64,000 bases of DNA from Zygnema circumcarinatum SAG 698-1b. Lineage: Eukaryota > Plantae > Zygnematophyceae. The stretch covers positions 3,449,909 to 3,513,908 of the forward strand of contig CM074804.1 of the NCBI GenBank assembly GCA_037447605.1. The letters are read 5' to 3'. Shown in pieces: positions 38,656 to 50,100 of the stretch. Under the pieces are notes generated by a model. It searched no databases. It was not told the origin of the DNA and was given only the letters and a program-made list of their open reading frames with translations. Every line of letters starts with the position of its first letter. The first letter of the stretch is position 1. Position numbers and translations under genes: made by a program.

Positions 38656-39267
38656 CTTCCTCGCCCTCCCTCTCCCCCTCGCTCTCGCTCAAGCTCTGTG
38701 CCCTGTGCGCCTCCTCCCGCCTCGGCCAGCCATGCACGCGACTTCCGCAAGCCCGCTCGGCTCTGTTCGGACGTGCGCGGCCGCCATCCCATCGCCTGTC
38801 GGTCATGGCCATGGCCACGACCATGCCGAACATGGCTCATGGCCGTGGACCATGCATGATGTCTGACGTGGCACAGCCCCCTGTTCGATGTCGGTCTCTC
38901 TGTCGCGTCAAAGCCGCGATAAAGGTCAACATCGGCAACCGAGCCCGTACAGTACGGAAGGTCAGGTCTGTCCGACCGTCCGACCACACGTGACGTGACC
39001 CCCCCAGTGGGATTCGAGAGGCGGTCCGAGCGGGAGGGCGGAACTCGCCTCGCCCCTCTCCGTGCTCGCTCGCCTCCTGTTCTGTCGGCGCTGTGAGCTG
39101 CGAGGGAGCGATCGACGGACGGCCCGGAGGCGCGGGAGGGCCCGATCGGACGGCGGAGAGTGCAGCCAAAGGCTGCTCAGCCAGGCCGGGCCGGGCTGGC
39201 CCTGGGGCGGAGGCAAAAAAGGCTGCCTCGGGCCCCGGTCGCCTTGAGGCGTGGGGGGAGGGGCCAC

Positions 39268-39452
39268 ATGGAGCCGTCTCTTCAAGAGCCGTCGGCTGCC
39301 TCACCCTCGGACGGCGGGCCGCAGGGGCAGGGCCAAGGGCAGGGCCAAGGGCAGGGCGGGGAGGAGGAGGCGGATGTTGACTACGGGCTGCTGCCGCAGT
39401 CGCATCATGGCGTCCATCAGAAGCATGTGCACCATCATCAGCCCGACCTCTT

Positions 39453-39485
<33 letters not shown>

Positions 39486-42271
39486 ACCGGCGCTCCAGCC
39501 GCAATCGAGTCATTTACAGCAGCATTCCGCGCATCTGCAACCGCAACCGACGTTTATTCAGCAGCAAGCAGGTCACCTGCAGCATCAGCACGTGCATACT
39601 TTACAGCAGCCACTGAGCCGTTTGCAACAGCAAGAAGGCGGATTGCAAGAATTGAATGGACTGCAATCCGGCCAATTTCAGCAGCAGCTCGTCCATCTCG
39701 AGCAACAGCCCGGTCATACGCAACGGCAATCCGATCACTTTCCACTGCAGTCTATTCACCTGGAGCCGCAGCCCAGCCATTCCCAGCAACAACCTGGTCA
39801 CCTTCAACAACTGCAAAACCATCTTCAACAGACTAATCACTTGCACCAGCAGACAAACCACTTTTCCCAGCAAGCAAGTGACATCCACCAGCAACCTAAC
39901 ATTCTTCGGCAACAGTCAAATCATCTTTCCCAGCAGGGTGATCTGCATGCAACTTTCTTGCGGCTAGGACAGAGTCAAGTCCAGTTGCAGAATCATTCCC
40001 TCGACGAAGGACTAGAACAGGGCCCTTTACAGGCTGGGAGTATTGACCAGGCACAGCAAGTGCTCGGGCCCAAGGATTCTAATAATGTGGAGGAACAGCA
40101 GGCCTTGTTGCAACTTGAAGGAGGGTCAGGCTCTGTGGGAGATATTGTGGAAAGAGAGGCCGACGAACAAGACATTTCTTTGCACTCATCAAACTTGGGC
40201 CTCAAGCAACAGCGAAAGATCTATGGCTCACTTGCTACAGTGTTCGCTGCAGCTATATACTGTGAAGCCCAGGAAGGGGATGGGGTTCTTTGCACCCCCC
40301 GCGATGGAGACCATCCGCAGAATGGTCGCTATCTCTTTCAAAAGTATGTAGGAAAGATCAGTCAACACATGTGGAGATCATGTTTATTGGGCGCTTTTTC
40401 TGCGCTTGATGGAACTTCAACTAGTCGCATCCGTTTCAAAGGTGTACAGGTGCATGTGTTTCAGGGAATACGCTTTCGAGATGTTGCGAATCCAGAAGAG
40501 TGCGCCCGGTTTCGACAAGCAGTCTCTCGTGTTACCTTGAAGCCTGGCTTGACAGTGGGAGAACTTGAGCAGGACCTTGCCAGTTTGGCTTCGGCATGGT
40601 CTGTGATATACACTTCTCGCGAAAGGCGAATACCCACGCTGCTTCCGATTCGGGCAAATTTGCCTAGCATACCCGCAAGTCTGCACTTCTTTTCCTGTGC
40701 CTCCTATTTTTTGAACTCCGTTTGCTTGCCATTTGAATATCCCATGAAACTCTGAAGGTTAAACTTGTACGTTGACTTTTTTTTAGCACAACTTGGTGAT
40801 TTTCAATTGTGAAGCAGATGTACTAAGAATGAAGATGAAGCTTACGTAATGGAGTTTATTCATTCTGCTGAACTGATTTAATCGAAAGGTTTCTTGCAGA
40901 CTCTAAACCTGGCCGTGAAGTCAACATGTTGGATTTGTCACAAGCTAACCAAGATTCAACGATAGCGGCATTGTTTGGTGGTGATCGAATGAAACAACAG
41001 CCAAACAAAAAACAGAAGCTGCACAGAGCTTTACCTCAGCTTCTTGCCAAAAATTTGGCTGTTGCAAGGTGATTGTTTCACTCAAACCTCTTCCAAGCTC
41101 TTTAGTTCTACTTAGCAAATGGATGTTGTAAAGGAGACATGCTATGTGCTTGGTCCCCTTTCGGGAACTTGGAAAAGCAATCACAGTTGCAAATTAAATT
41201 AATGAACCTCCAGTCCGTCTGCTGCAAATTTCAAACATCAACTATTAAGGAGTACAAGGTGCCTAATCCTTGTAGAACATATCCTGATTGAACATGAAGC
41301 AGGATATGAGTGGTTCTGCTCTTGTGCACAATTGCTATACAGCCATGTAGCTAATTTACTCTTTGGAATAGGAAACAGTGCATACGTTCCAAGAAATAAG
41401 AAATAAAACAAGTCAACAGTACTAAACAGAAGCTGGCTGTGAGCCGTCCAGGATAAGTATTCAACAATCGACTACGAGCTTCCCAAAGTCCAGGATATTC
41501 ACTTAAAAAGGCATATTAATGTATTAAGTGTCTGTACGAAACGCAAGTGGTTGATATTCCTTGACAGTGAACTTTTTGGAAACAATCCGGACAAGTCATC
41601 ATTAGTTAATGGACCTAAGAATCATACATTCAACTCTTTTTTGCCTTCGAATTGTTGTATTCACTTTTTTTGTCATGGAGAAACATAATTGCTCTTTGTA
41701 AAGCAGGTCAATAGCAGGTGGAGAATTCCAAGAAACTTGCTAGCAGAAAATTGATGACATGGGATGCCGCTCTTTCTGACGCAGGGGCGTGGTACCTGCA
41801 CAGCCAATACGGATTCAATATGGTGTGGGAACTACTGACGATCCCAGGGCTTGGGTTCGGCCTGAGACTGCCCTTGACAAGCCTGCATACCGTCTTGGTC
41901 CAAAGCAGGAACAACAGGGGAAGATTCTGGTGTTCCGACTCACAGGGCTTCGAGAAGGCCTAGTCATCAATGGCTTCCACGTTAGCTTTGCCCTGACATC
42001 AGGAGGCGGTCCTGTGACTCTCGATGCACAGCTCAAAAGCCTAGCGGTGAACGTCAATGGTAGCACTTCAATCTCTATCGTCTGCTCCATGGCACAGGTA
42101 GCACTACGGCCCCTATCTTCGCAGCAAGCCAACATGTCGGGCACTGCGGGAGCATCAGGGCTTGTTGTCCCTGTGAAGGAAGGTATCACATATTTTGTAG
42201 AGATAACTGGCGCAACTGCTGTCGGCGCTGCAGCCACTGTATACAATGTAGATGTCACTCTTACTGACTGA
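39268..42271 (+). CDS. Unknown protein: polyQ/His-rich N-terminus, RFX-like winged-helix domain, basic linker, C-terminal all-beta domain
   Basis: Long ORF from ATG 39268. Candidate exon 40900-41068 (DSKPGREV..PNKKQKLHR..AVAR) splices in phase 2 to 41785-42271 (GVVPAQPIRIQYG..YNVDVTLTD*). The exon 1 to exon 2 donor is unresolved, so 41785-42271 could belong to a separate gene. Confidence 0.6.
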
Positions 42272-42915
42272 AGATATCATGCCAATTGTATCACAATACG
42301 TCAACTCCAGGGCACTTAGTTTTGTTATCGAACTCCCACCAGCATTCATGTACATGCACAAGGTAGGCTTAATCCATTTTCAGTCATTGTCTGACCTTTT
42401 CTTCCAGCCCCCTCTGTGAGCCAGAGGGAGCTTCCCTTGGCATTTCCCTTGCTGTATAAATATGATTTGAACCTTCGTTCTGACACTGGTTCTTGTGGTA
42501 CTGCGAGAAGATGTCCAGTTTTGAAATTTTAAAAACTATTATCGCTATAGAGTTTCCCTTTGCGGTATGAAGCCGTGCCGCGTGTCAGAGATGTCCAGAT
42601 TTGTATCTTTACGGCCAAAACGCATAAGTATTGCAGTTCTCTGTGATTGCACCGCTAACGACGCGAGCGAGCTTGTATATCTCACGGCCCCGAGATATTA
42701 CATACAGCGGGTGTTCGCTTCATCTACAGTTCAGAATCGTAGCTCACCTCAGCCTGCGGTTGAGGCTCACAACTCCAGCATCGAAATCTGAGGGCAAATA
42801 GCGGTGCCGTAGTGTACTGTACAGGTCGGACCATCGGATTAACGATTGGAATGGTATCGAACCATTAGGTCACGGACCATGAGTTGCCAGAAGTTGCCAA
42901 CCATTGGCATAGGAC

Positions 42916-43290
42916 TATAGATCCGTATGTATCAAACGCGTGTATTAATACACTGTATAATACATGCGTATTATACAACATTTTCAAAATACAGTGTATT
43001 TTTAATGTATTTAACGTATTTTTTTTATTTTCGTGGTTAGTTGAACAAAATCTGATTATAATATTGAAATTCCAGCACTTGCCAAGTCACGTCACTTGCC
43101 AAACACTCAACACGTGTGACTTGGCACGTACATGTTCGTACACCTATTCCGTATATGATTTCCGTACGGATATATGTTCCGATTGTACGGCTGTTAACAG
43201 TTGCGTTAAGGTATTATACAGTGTATAATACAGTATTAATACTGTATTATACATTGTATCGAACCTCAAACTGTATAATACGGATCTATA
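42916..43290. mobile_element. AT-rich MITE-like nested inverted repeat
   Basis: Terminal IR tatagatccgtat (42916-42928) / atacggatctata (43278-43290); inner IR atacactgtataatac / gtattatacagtgtat; central hairpin gccaagtcac...gtgacttggc. Confidence 0.55.
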
Positions 43291-43713
43291 CATAGGACAC
43301 AGCCAGCCATTGCCAACGGACCATCGGACCAAGACCATCGGATGCCAGTGGTTGCCAACCATTCCAACGGTTGCAAACCATTGGCCTTAACTTTTGCCAA
43401 AAGTTACAACCATTAGATTCAATGGTTGGCAACCATTGTCTACAGACATTCTGAACGTTACAAACTCTTTTGCTGAGTTTTTATCGTAATATGCAGGATA
43501 TTGGTTGAAGTGTGTCGCTACCATGACACAATATTCGACGAGGATTCAAATCATCTATTCTGTGCGCAACATTTTCCGCTTTTTAGGTAATGATTTATAA
43601 TCATTGCAATGGTTGGAACCGTTGATGGGCGGACTAGTCAACCATTGGCAATCTGGATGGATGGATAATTCAATGATGGATGGATGGTTGGATGCAGAGC
43701 GGGGGGATGATAT

Positions 43714-43739
43714 ATTGAACTCACGATGGCAAAGCCATC
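43714..43739 (+). repeat. Dispersed-repeat motif with GATGGC-N3-GCCATC hairpin (copy 2)
   Basis: attgaactcacgatggcaaagccatc: same stem, loop AAA instead of GAT. Confidence 0.7.
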
Positions 43740-43931
43740 AAACGTACATGAAGGAAATCAACATCGGGAACCAAAGGGAGCGGTCACAATGGACGAAAGG
43801 TCAAAGAAAAAGTTGGATGTCAATGATTAACAATCGTTTAATGGTTGCCAACCATTGGCTTAGAACCCAATAACCCTTGCTAATTGTCGCCACCATTGGA
43901 TGCCAATGGTTGCCAGCCATTGGACGGCCAA

Positions 43932-43962
43932 CCATGCCATGCCATGCCATGCCATGCCATGC
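43932..43962. repeat. (CCATG)6 pentanucleotide repeat in the APRT upstream region
   Basis: ccatgccatgccatgccatgccatgccatgc read directly. Confidence 0.85.
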
Positions 43963-44133
43963 AATGGTCCGACATGGGCAACGCCATATCTAGAGCGTAC
44001 CGTATCGCCAGTGCGGTATGGGCCGTATCGAATAGCGGCTCCATCCCATGTGGTCCCCCCCCTTCCTCCTGCACCACTCTCCCTCAATCCTAACTCCCCC
44101 TTCCCTCCCTCCTGCCCTCTCCGCCCTTCAGCC

Positions 44134-46445
44134 ATGTCCGCCACACAAGCGGGCGATGTCCGCGTGGCGCGCATAGCGGAGTCCGTGCGTGCCATCCCTG
44201 ACTGGCCTATACCCGGTGAGAGCGCTCGCCTGTGCAGGGCACGCTCCTCCATGGCGCCACCTCAGGAAATGGCCCGAGGGAGGATGCTATTGTGCTCGTG
44301 TTGCCGTTTTTGGTCTTTGGCGCTCCACCTGCATTCGAACAGGGCATTTTGAAAGTATGCGAGCAACTTTGCGTGTTTGAATGAGCAGGAATTTTGTTTC
44401 GCGACATTACCACGCTGTTGCTTGATCCTCAGGCCTTCCGCGACACCATCGATATTTTTGTCGAGCGCTACAAGGACTACGGTCTGACTGCTGTGGCTGG
44501 TATGCATAGCCTCTGCACTTGTTTGAGTGGCTGTGGGAAAACATTGGCCTGCATTTCGATCAGGGGATCGTTGTGGTGGCCAATGCAGGGTTGGGGCGCA
44601 CATGTTTACGGACAAAATAAACGAGTTTGCAGACTGGCGTAATCAAGAAGCAAACATTGTTGACAACTTGGAAGGAATAAAGTAACCGGGGTTTATGTCG
44701 ACTGTGCTGAAACCACACGTTCGAGGATCTTTGTATATCAGAGTTAATTAAGGGCCATTCAGCGGAGTTGACTCGTAAATCGTAGGATCTATGGATTTGT
44801 AATCAGTTGAATCATCAGGTGCAATTTGTGCATCTGGTGTAGCCTAGCCTGCCCGACTCTTCAGCGTTGGGGATTTTGAATTAACACCATTTTCGTAAAC
44901 TGCTCTCTTTCATACCGGCGATTCTCGAATTGACAGTGGTGCCGCCCAGAAAACAATTAAATGGACCGACGTGTTGCTGAAGTTTGCAATCACGAAGCGC
45001 CGTCTGCAAGTTATAGCTACAGTATATTTTCAACTTTACTATGCTTGTTTTTCTCGTAAAAAATAGGCCGTCCTTCTTGGATCTATCTAGTAGACACAGA
45101 CAAGGTTATACCTTGAGCAGACATTCGGCACTGAGGCGACATCAGTACACTAGTTACCTTCTGTGAACTATTGCATATTTCACAAATCTACCATCGTCTC
45201 TCCATAGCATATGTTCATTCAGATGCAATTTGGTCTATTAGAAGCATCTTCATTTTTTTTCTGCAACGCTTATTCTTTATGGCCTCCGTGTGCTGTTGTT
45301 CGGCATGCAGGTATAGAAGCACGTGGCTTCATTTTTGGGCCACCGATCGCTTTGGGATTGGGAATCAAGTTTGTCACTCTGCGAAAACCCAAAAAACTTC
45401 CCGGTAAGCCTGGTTGTGATATGCCGCACCTTTCGGGGCTCGTATCTGGTTGACTTCCCTTTATGCAGAGGAGTTCTATTGGTCAAATAGATACAGAGGC
45501 TGATATACTGCGGATGGATGAGCGAGGGCTGTGGAAGTTGTCCATAAGAGATCATGCGAACCGTTTGCAAGATTATGGACTGTATCTTTTTATGGCCTGT
45601 GAAGCAGTTCCTCTTGTAAACCTTTTCACAGCGTATGCCTTTTCTGACCTCCCCCGCTAAACACCAGGCGAGACCATATCCGAGGAGTACGCTTTGGAGT
45701 ATGGAGTAGATAAGATAGAAATGCACAAAGGTGCTGTAGGGCCTGGAGACAAGGTGTTATTGGTGGACGACCTTGTGGCCACGGGTGGTACATTGGGCGC
45801 TGGCATTCGTCTATTGGGTGAGAAGCCGTTTGTGATACGAATGCAATCGCTGTCATGCTGCTGGCATCGCCCTATGCATTCTCTTGCACAACTTGCCCAT
45901 ACAGTTCGACTTGAAGTTCCTGAAGTGCACGCCATCATTTATATCTCAATGCACACTAAGTCTGTATCGTATGCACGCTTGTTGCTCGCTTACCAAGAAT
46001 TGTAAAATCTGTTCCTACCTTTCCTCCGATATGAGAATGGTTGAGTCAGAAAATGATCCACTGAGCCATAAGGCCTGATCCAAAATTTTCTTTTTGTGTC
46101 TCAGCATTTGAAGAGGACACCACGTGCAGCCTTCTTGGATATCAGATATTGCTTGTCTTTGCCATTGCAATGTGTACTGACAGTCAATCTCGTGTCTTTT
46201 TGTGGAGCAGAACGAGCGGGGGCTGAGGTGGTAGAGTGTGGCTGTGTTATCGAGCTGCCTGCCCTCAAGGTATTTTCACTCTTTTCCATTGTCGCTTGGA
46301 GACCCCTTCCCTCCTTTGCCTTAAGGCCACTGAAGTCCACTGCTCTGGTCCGTACCAATGTTTGGAGGCTTTTCTGTTGCTGCAGGGGCGGGAGAGGTTG
46401 GGATCAAAACCACTTTTTGTAGTTCTGGAATTCGACGGTCACTAA
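44134..46445 (+). CDS. APT: Adenine phosphoribosyltransferase, 6 exons
   Basis: [14 protein letters not shown] / [14 protein letters not shown] / [23 protein letters not shown] / [27 protein letters not shown] (PRPP-binding motif) / [16 protein letters not shown] / [19 protein letters not shown]. Confidence 0.96.
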
Positions 46446-47136
46446 GAGATGCCTCAAAAGGACTTGAAGCTGTGCTTACAGCGACCAAAGGGTGACAAGC
46501 TTGGCTTTGGAAGGCGTTGGTGTCAACCAAATTGACTGTGGCTAGTTATGAAGTTAATGTTATTATTCTCAGGCTTCATGCGTAATAATAAGCTTCTTAA
46601 GCAAACTATGCCCCCACACTCTTGAAATGCGGTTCGTCTCACTCTTCATGTCCGTAGACAGAGCTGATGCTGCTTAGCGGTTTCCAGGCGAAAGGCTGCT
46701 TGTGCAGATCCGTGATGATCAAGATCACAATGTGATCAAAGATAAGCGCCGGTCAAGAGATCGAAGGCAGAGTACAACACCAGGAATGAAAATAAGAGAT
46801 TGTCAAGATGCTTCATCTTGTCAAGATAATTGCAAGTGGCAATCAACGTTGAATCCGATTGCAGCACATGTCCCAGTCGCAACACTGCTCCCCACCCGCA
46901 ACCTGTACAAAGTCTCGAGTTCATCTGGCTATCTCCATGCCATATGTGATTGGATATAGTGCTGAGATCTGGGCTTCCTGCATCCATCTCACCATACCCG
47001 ATGTATTTATTATTACAACAAGAGCCCTCGTTTAGCGTACTCCGCCAACAGAATGCCATGCTTGCTTTCTTTGATTCTCCCAACACGCTTTCATTGTTGA
47101 CTCAGGACGTTGACATGCCTAAATCCCCACCCGAAG

Positions 47137-50100
47137 TTAGGTCCTGGCAGGGGTGCCGCAGCTGCCCTCGGAAGGGAGCACTTTGTAAGGGTTCAGAATG
47201 CCAGCGGAGTCCAGCAACGCCTTCACACTGCGCATAATGCCGATCTGCCCGTTCGGCCATTCCCTCCCCATCCACTCAGTCGCAGGTATCCCATTTTCAC
47301 AAGAAGGTGCAGCCAAGGAGAAGGCAAGTAGTGGGCATTGCAAAGGATAGAGAGTCAAGAAAAGCAAGCATACCCTTTCAAACCATTTAAAGAGAAACAG
47401 AGTTGCTCTAACAAAACTGTGCAGTGTGAAACAGAACTCACAGCCTCCGGCGATTTGCTGTAATGGATGGCCGATGCCTTCATGCGGCCCAACCCGTGCT
47501 CCGCGCTTATGCTGCCTTTCTTCTCCGCAGTCCACTCATACACAAACGGCTCAATCTTCGACAAAATCTGCATGGCCAGCTACTTCCAAGTGTGAGCCGA
47601 ATGCGTTACCCCTTTGAACAATCGTTGGTGCGGTGCATCGATTATGGGATTATGGCACACCCTCTGGAAAGGTTGTCATACAGGTGACAGAGAAGCACCC
47701 TATCAGATTGTTTACATTGGCCATCCGAGGGCTCTCCAAGACTCACCTGCTCTGTGTATGAGGCAGCCGACACATTCAGGTGGAGGTTGCCATCACCCAG
47801 ATGGCCATAGCCGACGACCAGAGCTAAACCGTCTGCAAGCGGGCCAAGTAGTCGAACATTTTTCAAGATTGTGACTTATAGGTCGATGAATTGGGCAGAC
47901 TTCACACTGTTGAAAGTGTTAGGCTATAACTTCATATTGCTAAGACGACAGGACTCGGAGCCCATGTCCATGTACATGTCCATGCTCATGGTGACCCTAG
48001 CGAAGCCTCCCAGGGCCAGCAAGATTACTTAACGGCTCTTGCTCCGGAAAGCGAGACTGGAAACATGAGCACACAAGTAAAACCTCAGACGAGGGACGGC
48101 GAAAATAGAGGAAGAGACGAGTGAGGAATCGAAGCACATCAGCATAAGGAACGGAGAAGTGTTGCAGATCGCACCAAGTCGCAGGCGCATTGCTTCAACG
48201 AGCTCATAGAGATGGCTGACTGGCACCGAGAGGTCATATTTGTAGACGGCTCCTGCACGTTGTAGGGCCTCCGCCACTCCCTGCAACAGTGCCTCCATTT
48301 CAATAAACTCTCATTCTCTCTCTCTCCAAGATACAATATGCATGGCAAGACATTGTAGGAGCGAATTTGGGACAGGCAGAATCCTCATCTTCACCTCACG
48401 TATGCGCCAAAGCGCGGCCGCCTGCTTGTGGTCCTGCGCCACTACACCGTCAAGCAGAAGGCCGTCTCCCAGAGCGCTCTCCAAGAAAGCTTCAAGCTTC
48501 TCCCTTTTCACCATTCCTTTCCCACGCTCGTCAGTAGCCCTCCAACAACCTGCTACTCCTACTGAGCACTAGAACTTACTATGTCATTAGAAAGGCTAGA
48601 GGAGTTTAGAAGAAACACATCAACTGGAAAACTATTAAATAGCTTCAATTCCACGATCAATAACAGATGCAAGTCTGCCAGTCACACACTTTCACAGACG
48701 CAAAAGCGCTATCTTATCACCTGTCATGGGCTGCATTGCTGCCAGATGTCTCCAGCAGTAGGTAGAAGGGCGCCTCTGTGTGCGGCAGTGGGTGACGTGT
48801 CTCATCCAGATGTTTGACCACCTGCACCCTCTTTCAATAGCTTATTAAAACATCGATACCACCTAATTTAGAGGAGACCAGCGTCTGAATTTCGAAGGAA
48901 TGGCCGTACCAAGCCTATGGACTGCTGATCCAAAAACTCAAATGCAGAAAGGACCTCGCCAAGCTGCCGCCGTGCCTCCACAAATGCAGCCTGAAACACA
49001 GAAAATCAAATCGGCATTCGTCTGTTGACGCGTTCAACAACCGAAATTACGACGTAGACCAAGAGAATAAAAAAAAATTCCTCATCATCAACATTATCGG
49101 AGTCAAGATTGGAAAGTCTGGTTCGCAGTCCTGAAGGTAGGCTCAAAGACAAAGCTCTGACCCTGCACAGCACAGCTGGCAGGAGAGGTTACCTGAACAG
49201 CAGAATAGTCGCTGCATGCAAGAAAGGCCACGTGGACAGAGGTGGGCCGTGGAGGAGTCAAAATGGCCACCTTGGTAATCACTCCCAGAGTCCCTTCTGC
49301 CCCTGCGGCGCCCCCTCCCTTCTGAACTACTCATAATTCTGAGGGGGCTCAAATGACAAGTGCGCAGGTAAAGCCTGGAGGAGGCGCCCACCGATGAAGA
49401 GGTCCTTGAGGGCATACCCCGTGTTGTCTTTACGAAGCGCACTAAGCAGGTCCAGCACTCTGCCATCTGAAAGCACCACTTCCACTCCTGCACGTCCCTG
49501 CCTCACCTCTCTCATACGTCAAACAAATACAGTCGACTTTACAAGGAAAGAGAGCAGGTCTTTGAATATTAAGGACTAACTGGAAGCACTTTAAAGGCGA
49601 ATACTTGAGACAAGCACTGTGCAGCCACGATTGGCGACATTAACAGCCGTATCAAGATGCAATCGCCAACTAACCTCACCGACTGGTCTCTCAGTGAGGA
49701 AGCTTGACAGCCTTTTACTTTCTAAAAAAGTAAAAATGAAGAGTTTTAGCAGAATTGGCACCGCACCGAGAACAGTTCCATGGAGGGAGCCGTAACGCAG
49801 CAGCCTAAGGCCGCCTGCATTTGTGGCAACATTCCCACCAATATGGCAGCTGCCTTTGGCACCCAGATCAAGCGGCATCATAAACCTGCAGGCAGCACGC
49901 AGGACCCCAGTGACATGTCATTGAACATTGAATGAAAACTTAAAGCAAACTGAATTCAAATATTCTTTGTGAATTCAAGCTAATAAACCTCATATTTTTT
50001 AACGCAAGGAGTCAAGCGGCGTACCCGCGGGCTTGGACGAACTCATTCAGCTGCTCGAGGATGCAGCCAGCCTCACACAGCAGGATGCCGCTCACCTGCA

